This document shows positions 21,794 through 29,690 of a DNA stretch of 32,000 nucleotides, piece after piece (the stretch's first letter is position 1; every line of letters starts with the position of its first letter). This DNA is from Thermodesulfobacteriota bacterium (GTDB lineage Bacteria; Desulfobacterota; WTBG01; JAGOGO01). The notes beneath the pieces are model-generated. The model made no database searches. It saw nothing but the letters and a program-made list of their open reading frames with translations, and was not told the origin of the DNA. Made by a program: the position numbers and the translations under genes. The DNA lies in NCBI GenBank assembly GCA_026625185.1, contig CP113000.1, positions 1,485,622-1,517,621 on the forward strand. The letters run 5' to 3'.

Positions 21794-21978
21794 GTTACCA
21801 ATTTTGTTGCCACCTAAAAAACAGGGGTATTCGTTCATAAATTCAAATGGTTACACAGTTTCTTATAATAGAGGAAGTAAAAAAAACCTCTCTCTTATAT
21901 ATATGGCTTTTTTTGCTGTTTTCCCCTTTATTTTCCTGTGGTTATGACCGAAAAAAAAGTGGCAACACTTTTGGTAAC
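21794..21978. repeat. 20-nt inverted repeats flanking a 145-bp promoter-containing segment (ori or invertible switch candidate)
   Basis: GTTACCAATTTTGTTGCCAC (21794-21813) faces GTGGCAACACTTTTGGTAAC (21959-21978); the outer 8+8 nt are exact and 17/20 match overall. Inside lie TTCAAA-16-TATAAT (21842-21869) and a further GGTTAC. Confidence 0.5.
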
Positions 21979-22061
21979 ACTTTGTTTTGAAGTGCCTCAA
22001 ACCGAGTCCGAGGTACGGGTGGATGGTGGACATAAAAAACCAATAAGGAAGGAAAATCGAA

Positions 22062-22499
22062 ATGGATAATGACCGTATTTCAGGGGAACTAAAACCGATT
22101 ATCAAGCGAGATGAATTAGGCAGGTTTTTACCTGGAACACTGGCAGGGCCAGGATGGCGCAATAGAAATGAGGAAACGCAAAAATTAGCACAACTACGAG
22201 ATGATTTATTAGCTGGCAGTGAAGAAGCAATTGCAGAACTTAGAAAGCTACTAAAGGAAAGTAAAAGCGAAAACGTAAAGGTAAACGCTGCTAAGATTCT
22301 AATCGTTTGCGCGAAGATCATTCCCGACCAGGTTTTTCATGAATCGTGGAAAATGATCCTCAAGAAGGAAGAAGGGGGCAAAAAGGAGGGATTGCTCGCC
22401 GCGCTCCCGGAGTTCGGGGAATATTTAGCCTGGAAAGCTCAACAGGACGCTAACAGAGTGATCGATGTTACTTCAAGTCACAAGGAGGGCAAACAATGA
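22062..22499 (+). CDS. Hypothetical protein with DUF5681/small-terminase-like N-terminal motif
   Basis: 'RDELGRFLPGTLAGPGWRNRN' resembles the G-R-F-x-x-G...G-x-G motif at the N-termini of phage TerS-like/DUF5681 proteins. The assignment is weak. Confidence 0.5.
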   Translation: MDNDRISGELKPIIKRDELGRFLPGTLAGPGWRNRNEETQKLAQLRDDLLAGSEEAIAELRKLLKESKSENVKVNAAKILIVCAKIIPDQVFHESWKMILKKEEGGKKEGLLAALPEFGEYLAWKAQQDANRVIDVTSSHKEGKQ

Positions 22500-22819
22500 C
22501 ACTGGGTGAAATACTGCAATTACAAAACCAAACACTTGGCGATTTTTCATCGGCGGCATATCCACAACAGGGGTTTCAGCTTCCTCCCGGCTGGCTGGAA
22601 TGGCTTTTGAGAAACTGGCAGATGATGGGTAGCACAAGACCCGAATATACGCCAGGGGCTGAAGATAGGACGGTGGGGCCGCAAGAGATGTATCAGCTAA
22701 AAATACCCGCCTGGCAACCAAACCCTGAGTATGGGGTGGATAAGATGAGAATTCCCCAGGAGAAACTACAGAAGCGATTAAAAAGGGTTTCTGACCCGAA
22801 CCGCTTGAGGAGAATTTAA
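22496..22819 (+). CDS. Hypothetical protein
   Basis: Its start overlaps the previous stop (ATGA). It lies in a compact same-strand operon. No domain was recognised. Confidence 0.5.
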   Translation: MTLGEILQLQNQTLGDFSSAAYPQQGFQLPPGWLEWLLRNWQMMGSTRPEYTPGAEDRTVGPQEMYQLKIPAWQPNPEYGVDKMRIPQEKLQKRLKRVSDPNRLRRI

Positions 22820-22821
22820 CC

Positions 22822-23118
22822 ATGCAGAAGTTTATCGCGCCAAGAGTTTTAACGGTCAACGGAAAGCCTTCTCCCTGCAAATGTACCGATTCAATCGTTT
22901 GTGAGTACTGCACGCAAGCGAACCTGATCCTCTGGGAGAAAAAAGAGAACCCGGAAAAAGAAATCCAAGACAAAATTATAGCCGATTTAAAGGCCTCAGG
23001 AGTCCGTAAAACGGCCCGATTATTAAAAGTACGTCCTTCAACCATAATTAGTTGGATTAAAACGGGAAATATCCCATCCGGGTATATAGAAAATTTAAAG
23101 AGCGTTTCCCGGACATAA
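22822..23118 (+). CDS. Small HTH protein upstream of the integrase (candidate excisionase / AlpA-like regulator)
   Basis: The C-terminal 'VRKTARLLKVRPSTIISWIKTGNIP' is an HTH. The N-terminal Cys cluster is CKC...CEYC. The function is inferred from position. Confidence 0.5.
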   Translation: MQKFIAPRVLTVNGKPSPCKCTDSIVCEYCTQANLILWEKKENPEKEIQDKIIADLKASGVRKTARLLKVRPSTIISWIKTGNIPSGYIENLKSVSRT

Positions 23119-23331
23119 TACCCTACGCACACGCAAAAAACCGTACCACTTCGCCATTGAAATTATTGAGGTTTTTAGGGGTAAAAATAGCAGTCCCGGA
23201 CTTTATCAACCATCGAAACTAAGACATTAATGATTTTCCCGCAAGCCACAAAAAAAGCATTTGCAAACCCTTCCGCAAGCTATGCTAATATTCCTTCTTT
23301 AACTACTTCATTTAAAGAAGGGAGGCTCTGT

Positions 23332-24492
23332 ATGCTCGGAGGCGTTTATAGCGACCAGAGGTGTCCGTTATGCGGGGGATCATTCAAGGATGATGGCAAG
23401 CGTGGTTTGTCCTGTCCGAATCATCCAGAACAAAGGGCAACTAATTTTAGGATTGCTTTCAAGGGGCTTTGTCTTAGGTTTATAAACTACGACGATGCTC
23501 AACAAGTGCTTTCTGGTATGCGGTTTAAATTCCGTGAGGGGTCTTTTGATGACCGGGACTACCGGAAGGATCAACCCCTTGGGTTCTCGAATTTAGCAGA
23601 CCAGTTTCTTATTTACAAGGCGACAGTAGAAAAGAAGCGATCAACCGGGAAAATGGTTTATCACTTAAATTATGGCAGAAACTTTTTCCAGAACCGGAAC
23701 ATCAAGGACATTGGCGAAGGGGAGCTGCAAGACCTCTTAGCCTTCCTGCCCTCTCACCTATCCGATAAGACCAAGAAGAATATTTTTACTACCCTTCATT
23801 CTCTGTGGGCCTGGGTTCAGAAGCGGGAGAGAAAAAAAAATCCGTTTTTTATTATTCCTGAATTCCCTTCTATCCAGTATCAGCTCGCATGGCGCAGGAT
23901 TGTTGATAAGCCTACTCAATGGCAGATACTTCAAGAGATAGAAAGAATAGCGCCTAATCCCAAGATATACTTAGCTTGTCTATGGCTTGCCACTTATCCG
24001 AATGTAAGACCGGGTGAGCTTATCCACGTTAAAGAAAAAGACTTTGACCTACTTAACGGTACTCTGGAAATTAATTTCAACAAGGAGAATAAACCCAAGA
24101 AGATTTATCTCCTCCCGGAAGACGTTGAAACCGTCAAGTCCTTCCCCCGCAGTTTTCCTGATCTTTATTTTTTCCGAAAAAAAACTGGAAGGACATTTGG
24201 AGGAAAACTTCTCTGGAGGTGGTGGAAGCGAGCTTGTGATAACTCAGGTGTTGAAGGTGTGCCTCTCTATCCAGGGACAAAACACTCAACCGCTACAGAC
24301 CTTAAGCGCTCTCTCGGTGCCACAAGAGCAAGAGAAGCAACTGGACATACAACCAACAAAGCTTTTGAAAGGTATATTGTGGGAGATCCAGAAGACCTCC
24401 GGGCACTCTATGCTTATGCACGGCCTGACAAAGGTCTGACAAAGAATTCTTGCCCTTCTGGGAATGGTAACTTATTGAAACTTAAAGAATAA
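23332..24492 (+). CDS. int: Tyrosine integrase with N-terminal zinc-ribbon (start set at the ATG behind GAAGGGAGG; the ORF track starts at 23230)
   Basis: 'CPLCGG...CPNHPE' is a zinc ribbon. 'YPNVRPGELIHVKEKDF' carries the Arg. 'GTKHSTATDL' and 'GHTTNKAFERYI' carry the His and Tyr. The stop lies 2 nt from the tmRNA 3' end. Confidence 0.9.
   Translation: MLGGVYSDQRCPLCGGSFKDDGKRGLSCPNHPEQRATNFRIAFKGLCLRFINYDDAQQVLSGMRFKFREGSFDDRDYRKDQPLGFSNLADQFLIYKATVEKKRSTGKMVYHLNYGRNFFQNRNIKDIGEGELQDLLAFLPSHLSDKTKKNIFTTLHSLWAWVQKRERKKNPFFIIPEFPSIQYQLAWRRIVDKPTQWQILQEIERIAPNPKIYLACLWLATYPNVRPGELIHVKEKDFDLLNGTLEINFNKENKPKKIYLLPEDVETVKSFPRSFPDLYFFRKKTGRTFGGKLLWRWWKRACDNSGVEGVPLYPGTKHSTATDLKRSLGATRAREATGHTTNKAFERYIVGDPEDLRALYAYARPDKGLTKNSCPSGNGNLLKLKE
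24425..24444 (+). promoter_or_regulatory. Tandem CTGACAAA motifs (candidate arm-type sites), ssrA-proximal end
   Basis: CTGACAAAggtCTGACAAAG lies 51 nt inside the proximal att core, in the same orientation as 10018-10037. Confidence 0.5.
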
Positions 24493-24494
24493 AA

Positions 24495-24848
24495 TGGTGG
24501 AGGCGGGGGGAGTTGAACCCCCGTCCGAAAGCATTCAGCTCAGAGTATCTCCATACACAGTCTCGGTTTTATTAAGCGTTTTTATTCTCCCCGAGACAGG
24601 ATGATAAAAACGCTCATCCGGGTTGTTTTCGCCTCACACCATCCGGATACTGAAATGAGGCTATCCTGCTTATTCGACGCCTCTTCCCGCTCCACAGGAG
24701 AAAGCGAGAGAGACGGAAGCCGCGTTAAGCGGCTACAGCGTAATTATAATCGTTGGCGATTATGTTATTTTCACCAGTTTAACGAGATGGTGAAACCTCG
24801 GTATGCAACTCCGGCCTCAATTACCCCCGTCGAAGCCATTTCGCCCCC
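24495..24848 (-). ncRNA. ssrA: tmRNA (transfer-messenger RNA)
   Basis: The minus strand begins GGGGGCGAAAUGGCUUCGACGGGGG and ends GGGGGUUCAACUCCCCCCGCCUCCACCA. The acceptor stem has a G3-U pair. The tag frame GCC AAC GAU UAU AAU UAC GCU GUA GCC GCU UAA (24725-24757) encodes ANDYNYAVAA. smpB lies immediately upstream. Confidence 0.95.
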
Positions 24849-24945
24849 CCTTTGAATTTTCCAATAATAGTATAATGCTTTTCTTAGAAAAATCAAACTC
24901 ACAAAAAAATAAGGAGTAAGGTCCGAGAAACAAGGAATTAGGTAA

Positions 24946-25042
24946 TGGGTTTAAGGTGTAAGCTTAATCCTCGCACCTCGATCCTTAACACTTTTACTTT
25001 TTACTTTTCACGTGTTACGCCTTACGCTTACGCCTTGCGAAA
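24946..25042 (-). repeat. TTAAGG-rich intergenic element, copy R3 (between smpB and ssrA)
   Basis: The minus strand reads CGTAAGGCGTAACACGTGAAAAGTAAAAAG...GTGTTAAGG...CCTTAAACCC. This resembles the start of R1 (CGTAAGGCGTTAAGCGTGAAACGTAAAGGG). Confidence 0.45.
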
Positions 25043-25044
25043 CA

Positions 25045-25515
25045 TTAGCGGTTTTTTCTTCGGAACTCAGAAGCAGCCTCCCGTCTCAGATCTTTCTTTT
25101 TTATATCCTCCCGTTTATCATAAAGTTTTTTCCCCCGAGCAAGACCCATCTCGACTTTAACTTTGCCCTTGCGAAAGTACATTTTCAGCGGGATAAAAGC
25201 ATACCCCTGTTCACTGGTCTTGCCAAAAAGTTTTTTTATTTCTTGCTTATGAAGCAAAAGCTTTCTTACGCGCAGCGGATCGTGTTGACTGAACCCCGCG
25301 TGGGAGTAAGGGCTAATATGCACATCGTGAAGAAACACCTCTCCGTTTTTAACCCGGCCATAACTATCCGTAAGATTCGCCTGTCCCTGTCGGCACGACT
25401 TTACCTCAGTCCCGGTAAGCACAATGCCAGCTTCATAGGTATCCTCGATCCGGTAATTAAAATGGGCTTTTTTGTTTTTGCAGATCAGTTTAGTCGGGTC
25501 TTTTTTTTCACCCAT
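25045..25515 (-). CDS. smpB: SsrA-binding protein SmpB
   Basis: '[27 protein letters not shown]...LHKQEIKKL...[30 protein letters not shown]' is canonical SmpB. SD GGAGGA lies before the ATG at 25515. The upstream extension in the ORF track was rejected. Confidence 0.95.
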   Translation of the reverse strand: MGEKKDPTKLICKNKKAHFNYRIEDTYEAGIVLTGTEVKSCRQGQANLTDSYGRVKNGEVFLHDVHISPYSHAGFSQHDPLRVRKLLLHKQEIKKLFGKTSEQGYAFIPLKMYFRKGKVKVEMGLARGKKLYDKREDIKKKDLRREAASEFRRKNR

Positions 25516-26566
25516 GAGTTCCTCCGAGCTGACCACACGCGGCCAAAATATCATTCCCCCGGCTTTCTCGCACGATCGCGGTGTAGTCGTGAGAAACGAG
25601 GAAATCGTGAAAGGCGGCGATATGCTCTTGCTCCGGTCTTTTAAAGTCAACCCCCGGATGCTCATTAAACGGAATCAGGTTTATTTTACACCGTAAGGGA
25701 CGTACAAGGTCAACCAGTTTTTCCGCGTCGCGCAACGCGTCGTTCACCCCGGCAATAAGGATATATTCAAAGGTGATCCTTTTGCGATGAGGCAAGGGAT
25801 AGTCCCTGAGAACAGCGAGAAGCTCTTTAAGAGGATACTTTCGGTTTATGGGCATGAGAAAACTTCGGGTCTCGTGATCAGCGGCATTCAGCGATATTGC
25901 CAGGTTAACCGGACTTTCTTTTCCGAGGCGCTTTAATTCCGGGATCAAACCAGCGCTCGAGAGGGTAACCCGGCGATGGGAAAAATCAAACCCCTGGGGG
26001 TGAAAAATTATTTTTAAGGCCTTCACGGTATTTTCGTAATTACTCAAAGGCTCACCCATTCCCATGAGAACAACATTTTTAATAGTACCGTTACTTCCTA
26101 AATGCGTCAAAACCGCTTCCACCTGGCCCACAATCTCAGCCGTGGTAAGGTTTCGGACCAATCCTCGTTTGCCGGTATAACAAAATCGGCATTTGAGCGC
26201 GCACCCCAGCTGAGTGGAAATACAGAGGGTAGCCCCAGTTAGAAGGCTTTCACTCGGAGTGAAATGCTCCTTTTCCGGTATCAGAACACTCTCGATCACC
26301 CCATTGTCTTCCAGAGGAAAAAGATATTTTTTGGTCCCATCATCACTCACCAAAACCTGGCTGGGCCTCAAAAAAGAAAGTAAAGCAACCCTTTTTAATT
26401 CCTCGCGCAAGGAGAGAGAAAGGTTGGTCATGGAATCGATTTCCGTTACTCTCTTTTGATAAAGCCAGGACATTATCTGCCCTGCTCGATAGGGCTTCCA
26501 CCCGAGTTTTAAAACAAAACCTTCGAAATCTGCGGGGCTTAAGTTTTTGAGATCAATTTTTTTCAT
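25508..26566 (-). CDS. rlmN: 23S rRNA/tRNA adenine-C2 methyltransferase RlmN (radical SAM)
   Basis: '[11 protein letters not shown]' is the N-terminal motif. '[11 protein letters not shown]' is the radical-SAM CxxxCxxC cluster. C-terminal '...AACGQL' is present. It overlaps the smpB start by 8 nt. Confidence 0.95.
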   Translation of the reverse strand: MKKIDLKNLSPADFEGFVLKLGWKPYRAGQIMSWLYQKRVTEIDSMTNLSLSLREELKRVALLSFLRPSQVLVSDDGTKKYLFPLEDNGVIESVLIPEKEHFTPSESLLTGATLCISTQLGCALKCRFCYTGKRGLVRNLTTAEIVGQVEAVLTHLGSNGTIKNVVLMGMGEPLSNYENTVKALKIIFHPQGFDFSHRRVTLSSAGLIPELKRLGKESPVNLAISLNAADHETRSFLMPINRKYPLKELLAVLRDYPLPHRKRITFEYILIAGVNDALRDAEKLVDLVRPLRCKINLIPFNEHPGVDFKRPEQEHIAAFHDFLVSHDYTAIVRESRGNDILAACGQLGGTHG

Positions 26567-26577
26567 ACTTATTGTCA

Positions 26578-26672
26578 GGGATAAGGTTTAATGGTTAAAG
26601 GTTTAAGGTTAAAGGGTTAAGCCCCCTATAGCCAATCACCCATGACCCAACACCCTTATTTTAACCCTTAAT
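26578..26672 (+). repeat. TTAAGG-rich intergenic element, copy R4
   Basis: GGATAAGGTTTAATGGTTAAAGGTTTAAGGTTAAAGGGTTAAG faces CCCTTATTTTAACCCTTAA. Confidence 0.5.
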
Positions 26673-26751
26673 TATTTTAGCGGAAAGCCGCGGTAATTAA
26701 AACTATTACTTTGTAAAAGCGCCTCGTTTCCTTCTACGCGAGTGTTTTTAC

Positions 26752-26780
26752 TTGACAATAATCGCCTGAGTTAATAAAAT
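26752..26780 (+). promoter_or_regulatory. Sigma-70-type promoter upstream of pilT
   Basis: TTGACA, a 17-nt spacer and TAAAAT. Confidence 0.45.
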
Positions 26781-26881
26781 GCTTTATGTTTTAAAGGTAA
26801 CGTGTTTTCCCCTTTGAAAAGATTGTTGGTTTGATCGGGGATGACGATGGATTAAGCCAACCAAATCACCGGGATATAGCT

Positions 26882-27991
26882 ATGGCCAGTTTACATGACC
26901 TTTTGAAAGAAATGGTAAAAAGAGGTGCTTCAGATCTGCACATCACTATCGGAACCCCCCCTCAGCTCAGGATCAACGGGGCACTGCTTCCCATGGATTC
27001 TGCCGCTCTCACCCCTAATGACACCAGACAACTTTGTTACAGTATTCTTACTGAATCCCAAAAACATAGGTTTGAAGAGGAAAACGAACTTGATCTCTCG
27101 TTTGGAGTAAAGGGGTTAAGCCGATTTCGGGCGAATATTTTTCTGCAGCGCGGAGCGCCGGCAGCCGCATTTCGTCTCATTCCATATAAAATATTGAGCT
27201 TTGCGGAGCTTGGCCTCCCCTCGATTGTGGATGAATTGGTGCGAAAACCCCGGGGACTTATTTTGGTTACCGGACCAACCGGAAGCGGAAAGTCGACTAC
27301 CTTAGCCTCAATGATCGACAAAATTAATGGGGAACGGCACGAACATATCATCACGGTTGAAGACCCCATCGAATACCTTCATAAGCACAAAGGGTGCCTG
27401 ATAAATCAGCGAGAAGTCGGGGCAGACACCAAAAGTTTTAAGAATGCCTTAAAATATATCCTTCGCCAGGATCCGGATGTGGTTTTGATTGGTGAAATGC
27501 GGGACCTGGAAACAATTGAAGCGGCGCTTATTATTGCGGAAACGGGTCATCTCGCTTTCGCTACGCTTCACACTAATTCTTGTGTCCAGACTATTAACCG
27601 AGTGATAGACGTATTCCCTCCCTACCAACAACCCCAGGTACGCGCCCAACTTTCTTTTGTGCTGGAAGGGGTGTTATGTCAGACTCTCATCCCAAAATTA
27701 AACGGGAACGGCCGGGTATTAGGCCTCGAAGTTATGATTCCCAACCCGGCAATTCGAAACCTCATTCGTGAGGACAAAATCCATCAAATCTATTCCCAGA
27801 TGCAGGTTGGGCAAACAAAGTTTGGTATGCAGACCATGAATCAGTCCTTAGCTTCCCTTTATTTGCGAAAATTTATCTCTTTTGAGGATGCTCTCGGCCG
27901 AAGTTCTGATCCTGATGAACTCCGGCAGGTAATCAGCCATGGACAGGTTGGTCCTTCTGCGGGGATGGCCCCTCGGAGACCAACTCGGTAA
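26882..27991 (+). CDS. pilT: Type IV pilus retraction ATPase PilT
   Basis: 'GASDLHITIGTPPQLRINGAL', Walker A 'GPTGSGKSTT', 'GEMRDLETI', 'AETGHLAFATLHT' and 'NPAIRNLIREDK' are present. The start is set at MASLHDLL. Confidence 0.9.
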   Translation: MASLHDLLKEMVKRGASDLHITIGTPPQLRINGALLPMDSAALTPNDTRQLCYSILTESQKHRFEEENELDLSFGVKGLSRFRANIFLQRGAPAAAFRLIPYKILSFAELGLPSIVDELVRKPRGLILVTGPTGSGKSTTLASMIDKINGERHEHIITVEDPIEYLHKHKGCLINQREVGADTKSFKNALKYILRQDPDVVLIGEMRDLETIEAALIIAETGHLAFATLHTNSCVQTINRVIDVFPPYQQPQVRAQLSFVLEGVLCQTLIPKLNGNGRVLGLEVMIPNPAIRNLIREDKIHQIYSQMQVGQTKFGMQTMNQSLASLYLRKFISFEDALGRSSDPDELRQVISHGQVGPSAGMAPRRPTR

Positions 27992-27995
27992 CACG

Positions 27996-28142
27996 GTCGA
28001 AGGGGAAAGGATCGAGGAAGAAGGATTAAGATCGATTAAGATCAAAGTTTCAACGTGTTAAGATTTAAGTTGAACGTTTGAATTGCCTTAACTTTTAACT
28101 CTTAATCCTTCATCCCTTAACCCTTAAAACTTTAAACTTGAC
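27996..28142 (+). repeat. TTAAGG-rich palindromic intergenic element, copy R5
   Basis: GGATTAAGATCGATTAAGATC...GTTAAGATTTAAGTT faces TTAACTTTTAACTCTTAATCC. The right end reads CCCTTAACCCTTAAAACTTTAAACTTGA. Confidence 0.6.
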
Positions 28143-28211
28143 CTGTTGTGCGACACCGAAAAAATAATTTTCGCCCAATTTAGAGTAAAAGCTTTTATAA
28201 AAGGAGGGCTT

Positions 28212-29426
28212 ATGCCGTTATTTCTTTGGGAGGGTAAAGACCGAACTGGAGGTGTGAAAAAAGGAGAGTATGAAGCTCCGACTGAAGCTGCAGTCCGTGT
28301 CTACTTGCGAGGAATACGGATAGCTCCTACCGTGGTCAAGCCAAAACCAAAAAGCATTTTCAGTAACAAATTAGGAGGCGCCCGACAGCAAAAAATCAAA
28401 ATTAAAGACGTGGTTATTTTTACCCGTCAATTTTCTACCATGATTGATGCGGGACTTCCTCTTGTTCAGGGCATGGAAATTTTAGCTGCGCAGCAGGTCA
28501 ATAAATCCTTCAAACGCGTCCTCACTGATATTAAAGAGACCGTCGAAGGTGGTTCCACCTTAGCTGATTCCCTTAAAAAACACCCCAAGGTTTTTGATGA
28601 GCTTTATGTTAATTTGGTCGCTGCCGGAGAAGTGGGCGGTATTCTCGACATCATCCTTCAACGGCTTGCTGTTCACCTGGAAAAAATCGCGGCCCTTAAA
28701 AGAAAAGTAAAAAGCGCCATGGTTTATCCCTCCATTGTTATGACAGTAGCTGTGGCCGTTGTTGCCGTACTCCTTATTTTTGTCATCCCTATATTCGCAA
28801 AAATGTTCTCTGAATTCGGCAAAGAGCTCCCCGCTTTTACCCAGATGGTTATTGATCTCAGCAACTGGCTTACCAGGGCGTTAATCCCCATACTTTTTTT
28901 TCTTGGCTTGTTCTCATTCCTTTTTGCCAAGTTTTACAAAACTCCAAAGGGCAGGTTGCTTGTCGATAGTTTTATCTTAAAATCTCCGATCATTGGTGAC
29001 GTTGTCCGGAAAGTAGCCATTGCCCGTTTTACCAGAACCTTGGGTACAATGATCAGCAGCGGTGTCCCTATCTTGGACGGCCTGGAGATCGTGGGCCGCA
29101 CTGCCGGCAACAAGGTAGTGCAAAATGCCATTGATGTCACCCGAAAAAGCATTTCGGAAGGAAAGAGTTTTGCTGAACCTTTAACCACAACCGGCGTTTT
29201 CCCTCCTATGGTGGTCCAGATGATCGCGGTTGGGGAATCAACCGGAGCCTTAGATTCCATGCTCAGCAAAATCGCTGATTTTTATGATGAAGAGGTTGAT
29301 GCCGCGGTGGAAGCCTTAACCAGTATGATTGAACCTCTTTTGATATTGTTTTTAGGGGGTACGGTTGGATCCCTGATTATTGCTATGTATCTGCCTATCT
29401 TTACGATGGCAAACGTAATCGAATAA
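28212..29426 (+). CDS. pilC: Type IV pilus assembly platform protein PilC (GspF family)
   Basis: SD AAGGAGGG lies before the ATG at 28212. There are two GspF-type repeats ('FTRQFSTMIDAGLPLVQGMEIL' and 'FTRTLGTMISSGVPILDGLEIV') and three TM segments. Confidence 0.9.
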   Translation: MPLFLWEGKDRTGGVKKGEYEAPTEAAVRVYLRGIRIAPTVVKPKPKSIFSNKLGGARQQKIKIKDVVIFTRQFSTMIDAGLPLVQGMEILAAQQVNKSFKRVLTDIKETVEGGSTLADSLKKHPKVFDELYVNLVAAGEVGGILDIILQRLAVHLEKIAALKRKVKSAMVYPSIVMTVAVAVVAVLLIFVIPIFAKMFSEFGKELPAFTQMVIDLSNWLTRALIPILFFLGLFSFLFAKFYKTPKGRLLVDSFILKSPIIGDVVRKVAIARFTRTLGTMISSGVPILDGLEIVGRTAGNKVVQNAIDVTRKSISEGKSFAEPLTTTGVFPPMVVQMIAVGESTGALDSMLSKIADFYDEEVDAAVEALTSMIEPLLILFLGGTVGSLIIAMYLPIFTMANVIE

Positions 29427-29580
29427 ACGCTTAAAGGTTTAAGGTTAAAGGAAAAAGGAACGAGGATGAATTTTCTTCGATCCTCGCTCTTCGAGCCTCG
29501 TTCCTCGCTCCTTTCGCCCTGCTCCATACTCTCTGCTCTTCGCTTTTTGCTCCTCGCCCTTCGGTCCTTTTTCCTTCCCC
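29427..29580 (+). repeat. TTAAGG/polypyrimidine intergenic element, copy R6
   Basis: CTTAAAGGTTTAAGGTTAAAGGAAAAAGGAACGAGGAT is followed by the hairpin CGAGGAT...ATCCTCG. A long CT-rich arm ends in CCTTTTTCCTTCCCC. Confidence 0.45.
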
Positions 29581-29602
29581 ATTAGTTTAAAAGAACTTTT
29601 TC

Positions 29603-29631
29603 TTGACTCTCTTCGAGGGTTAGAATATAAA
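29603..29631 (+). promoter_or_regulatory. Sigma-70-type promoter upstream of lysS
   Basis: TTGACT, a 17-nt spacer and TATAAA, ~60 nt upstream of the ATG. Confidence 0.5.
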
Positions 29632-29690
29632 TAATCGTTTTAACTTTAAAAAGATTTTTCGATTTTTCTTTAGAAATTTAGCTTAGTTCA

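Larger units (their letters stand above)
9946..24524. mobile_element. ssrA-integrated genomic island / integrative element (~14.6 kb), possibly satellite-like
   Basis: It has exact 30-nt direct repeats and an integrase abutting the tmRNA 3' end. It also encodes a Xis-like HTH, a Prim-Pol replicase and XRE regulators. Matching CTGACAAA tandem motifs lie inside both ends. It is visibly more AT-rich than the flanks. Confidence 0.8.

Noticed and set aside
21863-23132. Minus-strand ORFs 21863-22321 (152 aa) and 22473-23132 (219 aa)
   Set aside because: They overlap a compact plus-strand operon with coupled starts. Their sequences are low-complexity (S/F/L-rich) and have no RBS.
24601-24855. 84-aa plus-strand ORF
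   Set aside because: It lies entirely antisense within the tmRNA gene, has no SD and has no recognisable protein features.
25012-25644. 210-aa plus-strand ORF, and the 5' extension of the smpB ORF up to 25665
   Set aside because: The plus ORF is antisense to the well-supported smpB gene. The smpB extension lacks an SD and overlaps the rlmN 3' end. The ATG at 25515 has a GGAGGA SD and gives the normal SmpB length.
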